Shown one piece after another: positions 6,155 through 12,991 of a stretch of DNA of 42,365 nucleotides. Numbering within the stretch: the first letter of the stretch is position 1; each line of letters starts with the position of its first letter. Position numbers and translations under genes: made by a program. The notes under the pieces are model-generated. The model searched no databases, had not been told where the DNA came from, and saw only the letters and a program-made list of their open reading frames with translations. The DNA comes from a virus, in IMG/VR virus record IMGVR_UViG_3300027852_000019. The stretch is one strand, 5' to 3'.

Positions 6155-6193
6155 GTTGACATAACAATCCTGGGTACGGCTGCTAGTATTATG
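6155..6193 (+). repeat. Right copy of the imperfect direct repeat flanking the moron-like island.
   Basis: See 5184-5215. Its GTTGACATAAC 11-mer also recurs at 23039-23049. Confidence 0.45.
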
Positions 6194-6250
6194 AGATATA
6201 CGAACGAGTTAATTCCATTCACGCAAATTATTTATATATAAACTACTACC

Positions 6251-6481
6251 TTATACTTCCTCATAGGTTTTCTCAAATATATCTGGTTTGCATAAGTGGA
6301 TTCCTTCTACATCTTTTATAATCCAATCATTATATTTAACAAGGTCTAGCCCTTCTGCTGTAGGTATATATAAGCCTACTTCATCCACGTAATGTTCTCC
6401 CATAAACTTACACACTTCATCCCTATTATCCTGTTTTAACTGCATTGCCTCGATTACCATTGATTTATTCCTGAATTTCAT
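6251..6481 (-). CDS. Hypothetical protein.
   Basis: 76-aa ORF with SD ATGGAGGTAAT before the ATG. Confidence 0.8.
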   Translation of the reverse strand: MKFRNKSMVIEAMQLKQDNRDEVCKFMGEHYVDEVGLYIPTAEGLDLVKYNDWIIKDVEGIHLCKPDIFEKTYEEV

Positions 6482-6543
6482 ATTACCTCCATTATATAAA
6501 TTCTCTCACCGTCGCCGATTTATAGTAAAATACCCTGGCTTCC

Positions 6544-6624
6544 TTACACCATATACACACGAAAGTCATGTGGTTGCTGCAATCCTCCATCCAATGATGG
6601 GCACCACTCGGCGATTTTGGGCAT
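6544..6624 (-). CDS. Possible micro-ORF, 26 aa.
   Basis: My own translation: MPKIAEWCPSLDGGLQQPHDFRVYMV. GGGAG lies 6 nt before the ATG. Support is weak. Confidence 0.25.
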   Translation of the reverse strand: MPKIAEWCPSLDGGLQQPHDFRVYMV

Positions 6625-6649
6625 TTCCAACTCCCAGATTTTTTATAAC

Positions 6650-7066
6650 TTATATATCCTGGACTATCCATTTCTTAGGTACTCCTCCATATCTCCCAAT
6701 GCGTGTGGTTACATCCTCTATCTTGCTATCCAATTTAATAACTGACAGCAGATTGTCTGGAAACTTAGCCTTTAGGCGTTTCTTTTGTTGTACTAGCATG
6801 GCATGTTTGCGTAGCAGTTTCTTTCTTTCCAATGCATCCTTTGGTTCTAGTTTTAATACCTTCCTTCCTCTAGGGCTGGCATGGTATGGGTTTTGCCTCA
6901 ATGCGTCCATGCCATTATCTACCCAGCAGTTTGTATGAAACCTCATCTCATACATCCGCTTATGATGCCAGGTTCTACATACCACACAGGGAGTTGCTAC
7001 TTCTATAAACTGCTTACAATAGCGACAGGTAGATTGTCTTTTACACCAGCTAATCCAGACGTTCAA
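6650..7066 (-). CDS. Cys-rich basic protein, TTG start.
   Basis: 138-aa ORF. N-terminal Cys cluster CKRQSTCRYCKQFIEVATPCVVC and a Lys/Arg-rich C-terminal half. The start lies 6 nt after the upstream stop, suggesting translational coupling. Confidence 0.65.
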   Translation of the reverse strand: MNVWISWCKRQSTCRYCKQFIEVATPCVVCRTWHHKRMYEMRFHTNCWVDNGMDALRQNPYHASPRGRKVLKLEPKDALERKKLLRKHAMLVQQKKRLKAKFPDNLLSVIKLDSKIEDVTTRIGRYGGVPKKWIVQDI

Positions 7067-7072
7067 TGTATT

Positions 7073-7501
7073 TTAACCTGTTACAGTTGGATATATAGTT
7101 GGAGATACTGTTTGGATGTCTTTATCATCCATTTTTACCTTATGGCTTTGTTGCCACTGCTCAGACTCCAATACTGTTAGTTCTGGTATTATACCTTTAC
7201 CATCACATACAAGACAAGTCTGTGATATCTCTGCTGCTGTACCTAGAGATGGACGGATTACACGTCCAGCACCATTACATACTGGACATTTATGCCATAG
7301 TGCTATGCTCCTTGCTCTATCTAACTCATTCATAACTTTATCTAATTCATCTGCAATGAAGTTACATAAATCAAGAATAATCTCAAATGCTCCATCAGGG
7401 TTAAGAGTAACAAGTCCCATTGCTTGATATATCCTATGAGAAATGTGTTCTGGTAACCTCTCGTTTAATATTTTGGGGATAGTTTCTTTATCTTTATCCA
7501 T
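7073..7501 (-). CDS. Protein with a DnaJ-type CxxCxGxG zinc-finger pair. First gene of the leftward arm.
   Basis: 142-aa ORF with SD GTAGGAGGTAAAT before the ATG. Motifs CPVCNGAG and CLVCDGKG are 21 residues apart. Confidence 0.75.
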   Translation of the reverse strand: MDKDKETIPKILNERLPEHISHRIYQAMGLVTLNPDGAFEIILDLCNFIADELDKVMNELDRARSIALWHKCPVCNGAGRVIRPSLGTAAEISQTCLVCDGKGIIPELTVLESEQWQQSHKVKMDDKDIQTVSPTIYPTVTG

Positions 7502-7530
7502 ATTTACCTCCTACATCTTATGCTATATTT

Positions 7531-7559
7531 ATTATATCACGTTTTGCCAGCTTTGTCAA
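7531..7559 (-). promoter_or_regulatory. Consensus sigma-A promoter, leftward early.
   Basis: The minus strand reads TTGACA (7559..7554), 17 nt, then TATAAT (7536..7531) preceded by TGA. Confidence 0.75.
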
Positions 7560-7578
7560 ATTTACATTACATAATGCC

Positions 7579-7607
7579 TTGACAAATGTATAATCACATG
7601 TTATAAT
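7579..7607 (+). promoter_or_regulatory. Consensus sigma-A promoter, rightward. It drives a leaderless ORF.
   Basis: TTGACA (7579-7584), 17 nt, then TATAAT (7602-7607) preceded by TGT. The ATG of 7613..8101 begins 5 nt after the -10. Confidence 0.75.
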
Positions 7608-7612
7608 AGGGG

Positions 7613-8101
7613 ATGTCCGAGGCTGAACAAATAACTGAAGCCATGATACCATACTTCCCCGATGACACTCGGAAGTCAAAGTATCTATCCTATAGAGTTT
7701 CAGGCTTTACAATCCGAGAAGCAATTCACTTAACTGGTATAACTGAAGGTAGTGTACGGCGTTGGAGAAAAGATGATGCTATCTTTGCCGAGATGGATGC
7801 TTCTGGCGTCAGTGAACTAAAGAAGAAGTTTAGTTCAGAATACATTAACCTCCAATACACTCGCAATATGCACCTCGTACTTCAAAAGGATTACAAAGTC
7901 CTAGAGAAAAGCATTGCTGAGCCAGACAACCTTACAACCCAGGAACATCAGTATCTATTAAAGCTACGTACTTTTTACACTCCACAACAGATGGCGCTAA
8001 TCCAGCAAGTCATTAGTGAAACCAATGGAGAGAATTTCACCGATTTAGTTTTTCGTATTAGTCGAGAAAGGGAGGAACTAACTATTGAAAAAAGAGCCTA
8101 G
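7613..8101 (+). CDS. HTH protein: a small-terminase-like protein or a late regulator.
   Basis: 162-aa ORF and the first gene of the rightward arm. HTH-like segment GFTIREAIHLTGITEGSVRRWRKDD. It has no SD, so it appears leaderless. The function is inferred from position and the HTH only. Confidence 0.5.
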   Translation: MSEAEQITEAMIPYFPDDTRKSKYLSYRVSGFTIREAIHLTGITEGSVRRWRKDDAIFAEMDASGVSELKKKFSSEYINLQYTRNMHLVLQKDYKVLEKSIAEPDNLTTQEHQYLLKLRTFYTPQQMALIQQVISETNGENFTDLVFRISREREELTIEKRA

Positions 8102-8264
8102 TGTACTTAACAGCAGAACGCCACAATGGTTTAAGGACTGGCATAGAAGTGAATACTGGCATTTCAAGTATGATGTAACAACTAGGATTGGTAGGGTAGA
8201 AAAATGGATATGGCTTTTAATTGGTATAATGTTGGCAGCAACTGTAGCTGAGAGGTTATTTTGA
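8085..8264 (+). CDS. Small C-terminally membrane-anchored protein, 59 aa, TTG start.
   Basis: My own translation: MKKEPSVLNSRTPQWFKDWHRSEYWHFKYDVTTRIGRVEKWIWLLIGIMLAATVAERLF. GGGAGG lies upstream. The ORF fills the gap between 8101 and 8265. Confidence 0.4.
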   Translation: MKKEPSVLNSRTPQWFKDWHRSEYWHFKYDVTTRIGRVEKWIWLLIGIMLAATVAERLF

Positions 8265-8447
8265 ATGAACTGCCCGAGTTGTCAGGGTCAAATGAGAATA
8301 TCATATTCCAAAGGCTTTACAGCTTTATGGAAATGTCCATTCTGTGGTTATGCAACTCTAGGAGCAAGCATTGAGAAGAACAAGAATAATAACTCTAAAG
8401 CAGAAGATAGCGGGAAGAAAGAACTTGACAAAGGCTCAAGTGTATAG
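8265..8447 (+). CDS. Small zinc-ribbon protein.
   Basis: 60-aa ORF with Cys pairs CPSCQG...CPFCG. Confidence 0.6.
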   Translation: MNCPSCQGQMRISYSKGFTALWKCPFCGYATLGASIEKNKNNNSKAEDSGKKELDKGSSV

Positions 8448-8486
8448 GATAGGCAAAAGAGGACTGAGGTATAGGAGGAAATTACA

Positions 8487-8582
8487 ATGAAAAAGTGTCC
8501 TGGTGGGAAAATAAGAAGTAAAGGAAAAGGAAGAGGTTTAGGCATTGGAAAGGGTAAAGGTCCTATTGGCAGGAAAGCATGA
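8487..8582 (+). CDS. Gly/Lys/Arg-rich 31-aa peptide.
   Basis: My own translation: MKKCPGGKIRSKGKGRGLGIGKGKGPIGRKA. SD ATAGGAGGAAATTACA before the ATG. Confidence 0.5.
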   Translation: MKKCPGGKIRSKGKGRGLGIGKGKGPIGRKA

Positions 8583-8755
8583 GGTCAGTATTTAGACCTA
8601 TAATAGCGATAGGACTTGGTTATACTCTATGTATCATGGCTATCGTAGAAGCATTTGATTGTGGAGTTGCTCCTCAGTGGTTTCTAGGTCTTTCCATACC
8701 AATCATAGTTGCTCTATTTGGTGAAAGAGCTTATAGGAAAAATAAGGGTGAGTAA
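8579..8755 (+). CDS. Two-TM small membrane protein, 58 aa. Holin-like topology.
   Basis: My own translation: MRSVFRPIIAIGLGYTLCIMAIVEAFDCGVAPQWFLGLSIPIIVALFGERAYRKNKGE. ATGA overlap with the previous ORF. The C-terminus is charged. Confidence 0.5.
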   Translation: MRSVFRPIIAIGLGYTLCIMAIVEAFDCGVAPQWFLGLSIPIIVALFGERAYRKNKGE

Positions 8756-8758
8756 TAC

Positions 8759-9070
8759 ATGGAAGTAAAGCAACTAGCAGATGGTCAACTTGCAGATTCT
8801 ACTGGTGACTTATACACAGCAGTTTCTGCTACCATAATAAGTACCATGACATTTGTTAATACTCATACCTCTGCTATAACTATGAATGTATATATATTAC
8901 CATCTGGGGGCACTGCCAGGAGAATAATACCAAAAGACATGAACCTTGGAATAGGCTACCTAGCAACCCTTGATGAAGAGATAAACCTAGATACTGGGGA
9001 TAAAATCCAAGGTGATGCTAGTGTTGCGGATAAAGTAGATTACACCATCGGAGGCATAGACGGCTTGTGA
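8759..9070 (+). CDS. Hypothetical structural protein.
   Basis: 103-aa ORF, co-oriented and tightly packed. Confidence 0.7.
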   Translation: MEVKQLADGQLADSTGDLYTAVSATIISTMTFVNTHTSAITMNVYILPSGGTARRIIPKDMNLGIGYLATLDEEINLDTGDKIQGDASVADKVDYTIGGIDGL

Positions 9071-9294
9071 GAGTATATAATGCTAGTGGTGTACTTCAGG
9101 TATCTAGTGCTGGAGTTACAGACCATGGAGAGTTAACTGGTCTTAGTGATGATGACCACACCCAATATCTATTAGCTACTGGCACTAGGGCTGCATCAGA
9201 GATTAGATTAACTCCCAAGGCATCATCTAGCGGTCCAGAGGGAACTATGTTTTATGACTCGGACGATGACCATGTATATGTAGGAACAGAATAG
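9067..9294 (+). CDS. Fibre-associated small protein, GTG start.
   Basis: 75-aa ORF. The GELTGLSDDDHTQYLL segment resembles a motif common in phage fibre proteins. GTGA overlap with the upstream gene. Confidence 0.55.
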   Translation: MRVYNASGVLQVSSAGVTDHGELTGLSDDDHTQYLLATGTRAASEIRLTPKASSSGPEGTMFYDSDDDHVYVGTE

Positions 9295-9302
9295 GAGGTT
9301 AT

Positions 9303-9458
9303 ATGCAAATAAATGTATGGTTAAAGGCAAATGCAACACTCTATCTGGGTGGAGATCCTGCTAAAGGTACACAGCCAGCAGTAACAGTAACGCTGACAAA
9401 ACCTCAAGTGCTTGTTGACCCAGAGAAAAATACAATAGTGGTTTTAGAAACCAAATAG
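9303..9458 (+). CDS. Hypothetical protein, 51 aa.
   Basis: My own translation: MQINVWLKANATLYLGGDPAKGTQPAVTVTLTKPQVLVDPEKNTIVVLETK. SD AATAGGAGGTTAT before the ATG. Confidence 0.6.
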   Translation: MQINVWLKANATLYLGGDPAKGTQPAVTVTLTKPQVLVDPEKNTIVVLETK

Positions 9459-9467
9459 GAGGGTAAT

Positions 9468-10118
9468 ATGGCAATAACTTGGAAGAAACTCGCATACGAA
9501 GATGACGTAATAACTAAGGCATTCATGGCTGCTAAGGGAGATCTTATCTCAGCCTCAGCAGATGACACTCCGCTAATCTTAAGTAAAGGAACTGACACCC
9601 ATGTACTGACTGCGGATGCTGCCGAAGCTACAGGTCTTAAGTGGGCTGTTGCTCCTGGTGGTACTCCTGATGCTCACAAGGACAGCCATGACCCCGAAGA
9701 TGGTTCTGACCCACTGGATTGTGGGGCTGCTGGTGAGATAGCTGGTGTAGTTGCTGCTGCTGAAGGTTCGGCTCATTCATTTGCAAGAAGTGACCACACG
9801 CATCAGGTTCAAGAAAGCATGGCTGATAACCACGTCGTTACTATCAATCAGGCTGATGTAGCAGAAAATGATGTAGGTGTTTTTACAGCAACAGGTGGGA
9901 TTGGCGGGCAGACCTATGCTGAACTTGCAGCGAACATGGCGTTAGATGACATCGGTGTTCCTGATGCAGCAGTAGACTTTGACCTTCAAGAAGCTACTGA
10001 CCTTGTAGTTATGACTGTGGCTAATGAAGCTGGGTTGCCTGCTGCTAATGTTGCTGTTGGTCAACTTTGTTGGGCAACTAGTGAGTTAACCCTACACATT
10101 TGTACTGCATCAGTATAA
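9468..10118 (+). CDS. Tail-fibre-like protein with the MAITW N-terminus.
   Basis: 216-aa ORF with SD AGGAGGGTAAT before the ATG. The KGDLISASADDTPLILSKGTDTHVLTADAAEATGLKW segment resembles fibre N-terminal modules, and SDHTHQ is also present. Confidence 0.6.
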   Translation: MAITWKKLAYEDDVITKAFMAAKGDLISASADDTPLILSKGTDTHVLTADAAEATGLKWAVAPGGTPDAHKDSHDPEDGSDPLDCGAAGEIAGVVAAAEGSAHSFARSDHTHQVQESMADNHVVTINQADVAENDVGVFTATGGIGGQTYAELAANMALDDIGVPDAAVDFDLQEATDLVVMTVANEAGLPAANVAVGQLCWATSELTLHICTASV

Positions 10119-10130
10119 GATAGGTTGATA

Positions 10131-10298
10131 ATGAAAGCTGAAGACCTAAAGCGAAAAGATGCTATGGGAAGACTTCATAACAGGTTGACTGTCCTGATAG
10201 ATAAGTCCGAACTAACTACCTCTGAGGTATGTTTAGTACTGGATAATCTTAAGCAGTCTATTGTAAAAGCATTTATGAAGGAGATAGGACAAGACTAA
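10131..10298 (+). CDS. Hypothetical protein, 55 aa.
   Basis: My own translation: MKAEDLKRKDAMGRLHNRLTVLIDKSELTTSEVCLVLDNLKQSIVKAFMKEIGQD. Its TAATG overlaps the next start. Confidence 0.5.
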   Translation: MKAEDLKRKDAMGRLHNRLTVLIDKSELTTSEVCLVLDNLKQSIVKAFMKEIGQD

Positions 10299-10789
10299 TG
10301 GCAATAACGTGGGCAAGGTTATTAAAAGCTACAGATGTAGATGATACTCCAGTTAATGGAGCAACTGCAGACCCTGTATCTAGTAACTGGGCTTTTGACC
10401 ATAAGGCAGATAAGGATGCCCACCATAGTAATATTCTTACACTTACCTTTATTATAGATGGTGGAGGCTCAGCAATAACCACAGGAGAGAAAGGACACTT
10501 GGAGATTCCCTTTGCCTGTACTATTACGCAGGCTACACTACTTGCTGACCAGAGTGGAAGCATAGTCATAGATATTTGGAAAGATACTTATGCTAACTTT
10601 CCTCCTGCCGATGGTGATTCCATTACTGCCTCTGCACCGCCTACCTTATCCTCAGCACAGAAATCTCAAGATTCAACTCTAACAGGATGGACAACAGCCA
10701 TTACTGCTGGGGACATCCTAGCTTTTAATGTAGATAGTATCACAACTTGTGAGAGAGTAACTTTGAGTTTGAAGGTAACAAAGACATGA
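10298..10789 (+). CDS. Second MAITW-N-terminus protein: a fibre or adaptor paralogue.
   Basis: 163-aa ORF. The first five residues, and 14 of the first 15 nt, match 9468..10118. Confidence 0.6.
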   Translation: MAITWARLLKATDVDDTPVNGATADPVSSNWAFDHKADKDAHHSNILTLTFIIDGGGSAITTGEKGHLEIPFACTITQATLLADQSGSIVIDIWKDTYANFPPADGDSITASAPPTLSSAQKSQDSTLTGWTTAITAGDILAFNVDSITTCERVTLSLKVTKT

Positions 10790-12222
10790 ATGAGCTAATT
10801 GAGAAGAGGACTCGTAACAGTAAGACTCATTCCTTGGGTGGTGGGAAGCACTCTTGGGATGGGTCTATCGGTGCTATTCATTATCAAGATAGTGGTTGGC
10901 AAGATATAGATAGCTATTTTGAGACTGCCGTTGCTCCTTGGGATTGGGAAATGCTCAAGGCTGGCTATCATATCAGGGTTAAAGAGGATTTCACTGCTGG
11001 CCAGATTATTGAGTTTGAGAAGCAAGGCGAGACAGTCCAGTTCCAGCCTATGGCATTGGAGTGGACTAACGACCTTGACCAAGTACAACAAGTCTCAATG
11101 CCTCACGAGGTTATCCCTACTATAACTAATCCAGAAGTTGATTTGCTTCCTGCCGTTGGTATGCCTTCTCATCAGGGAACTATCAAGTGGAATAATGCCT
11201 ATGGAACAGGGCTAGATTTTGAATGGAAATGTACTTCAACTAGACTAGTTAAAATCCTAGAGATAGAGAACTTTAACAAGTTGCCTACTCCTGAGCAATA
11301 CATTATTGATGGTGGTAATCCAGTTCTGAGATTGAACCTAATATTTGACCCGTCAAGTGGCTGTGATATTTACATGGATGGGGAGAAGTGGGATAAGAAG
11401 GAAAAGAAGCAAACATTCAAAGCTATTGAGTTCAGGAAAGACGGAGAAGTTCTCTGGGGATTCATGCCACTGAGATATTGGGGAAGTGGTGAGGGTGAGG
11501 ATAATGAGGGACAATCGGTTGCTACTTTAGAGAAGAGAGGCAATAAGCTCTATATCTCAATAAGAGTTCCTTATGATTGGCTGCAAAGTGCTACCTATCC
11601 TGTGTTTATTGATACTGATGTTGATGAGCAGGTGGGAGCAAGTACTGATGATTGCTTGGAAATACTAAGTGATAGTTGGTGGTCTCTGGATGCGAGTGGT
11701 TTAGTAGCAGGCTATTATTCTGATGAATACAAAGAATATGGTGGAGGGATGCGGTTTACTACTATCAATATTGTTCAAGGGGCAACTATTACTACAGCAT
11801 ATCTTACTCTGCAATGTAAAACCTCCTATAGTGCCACATCTGTAAACACAAGAATAAGTGCTGAGGATATAGATGATGCTCCGACCTTTGCCGATGATAT
11901 TGATGCCTTTAATACTCGTTGGGCAAATAGAACAACAGCTAGAGTAGATTGGGATAATATACCCGCTTGGACAGCGGGTTATAATTACAATAGTGCTGAA
12001 ATAAAGACGGTTGTACAGGAAATTGTGAACAGAGGAGGATGGTCAAGTGGGAATGATATTGTCATCTTTTGGGAGGATTTTGAAGATAGAAGCAGCCATA
12101 CAACTAATTGTTTTAGATGGGCGAAGCCTTATGATTACTCAGCAGCCGATGCTCCCAAGCTCCACATTGAGTATTCGGTAGGAGCAGGTTGGAAAGGTTC
12201 AAGGGGATTTATAATAGGATAA
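10786..12222 (+). CDS. Tail or receptor-binding protein with a C-terminal DNRLRE-like beta-sandwich signature.
   Basis: 478-aa ORF. The segment GGMRFTTINIVQGATITTAYLTLQCK resembles the LRFDLS..GA.ItSA.L.LY signature. Confidence 0.5.
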   Translation: MNELIEKRTRNSKTHSLGGGKHSWDGSIGAIHYQDSGWQDIDSYFETAVAPWDWEMLKAGYHIRVKEDFTAGQIIEFEKQGETVQFQPMALEWTNDLDQVQQVSMPHEVIPTITNPEVDLLPAVGMPSHQGTIKWNNAYGTGLDFEWKCTSTRLVKILEIENFNKLPTPEQYIIDGGNPVLRLNLIFDPSSGCDIYMDGEKWDKKEKKQTFKAIEFRKDGEVLWGFMPLRYWGSGEGEDNEGQSVATLEKRGNKLYISIRVPYDWLQSATYPVFIDTDVDEQVGASTDDCLEILSDSWWSLDASGLVAGYYSDEYKEYGGGMRFTTINIVQGATITTAYLTLQCKTSYSATSVNTRISAEDIDDAPTFADDIDAFNTRWANRTTARVDWDNIPAWTAGYNYNSAEIKTVVQEIVNRGGWSSGNDIVIFWEDFEDRSSHTTNCFRWAKPYDYSAADAPKLHIEYSVGAGWKGSRGFIIG

Positions 12223-12253
12223 TAGCGAGATTAGAGCTTGAGACAGGAAATAA

Positions 12254-12982
12254 ATGACACGCTGGCTAGATAACTTAATTAGGTCAATAGGCTGGTTTAA
12301 GGCACATCATGGTAAGATAGTGCTGATAATCCTAGCTATAGTTCTAGCTGCCACAATTTTAATAGTTACACTGTTACTTACTCCAGCCAATGCTAAATCT
12401 CTTCGGAAAGACTTCTATGCTGTTGGGTTGAACTATCAAGTATATGAGAGCCAAATAATCTCAGGTACTCTTACAACAGTAAAAGCAGAGTCATCTCATG
12501 GTAACAGTGGAGGAATTGAGCAAGATGTGGTAGTACAATGCGATGATGACCGTGTGGTAGTTGAGTTCACTAATTGGTTCTATGGTGATACCACGAAAGT
12601 TGGCATTATCATCCAAGACAGTGATAAACAGATATTTGTTTGTAGAGTACTATCAGAGATAGGCAAACCATATCATTACTATGTTCTTACTAGCGGTGAT
12701 GGTATCATTACTGAAGTTTTTGACTCCAATGGGAATTCTCTGATATATAACAAATATCCAAGGCAGGGACATATTGTTGAAACCAATACATACCTAGAAT
12801 ATTGGAGGATAGTAGGACAACCTTGTTTTTATTATGGCTATGCTACTATAAATGAGACTGGTGTTCTACAAGTAAGGAATGACTTTTATAGAGTTTCTAA
12901 TGGATTACCATTTAATATGACTTTTATACACCACAAGTGGGGAACTAAGTATTATGATAAAGGAGAAATAGACGACCGTTAA
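12254..12982 (+). CDS. N-terminally membrane-anchored protein of unknown function.
   Basis: 242-aa ORF with TM segment KIVLIILAIVLAATILIVTLLL. Confidence 0.75.
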   Translation: MTRWLDNLIRSIGWFKAHHGKIVLIILAIVLAATILIVTLLLTPANAKSLRKDFYAVGLNYQVYESQIISGTLTTVKAESSHGNSGGIEQDVVVQCDDDRVVVEFTNWFYGDTTKVGIIIQDSDKQIFVCRVLSEIGKPYHYYVLTSGDGIITEVFDSNGNSLIYNKYPRQGHIVETNTYLEYWRIVGQPCFYYGYATINETGVLQVRNDFYRVSNGLPFNMTFIHHKWGTKYYDKGEIDDR

Positions 12983-12991
12983 GGAGGTATA

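Noticed and set aside
6156-6193. TTGACA at 6156-6161 as an active promoter.
   Set aside because: The nearest -10-like TATTAT is about 25 nt away. It is more likely a decayed duplicate of the 5185 promoter.
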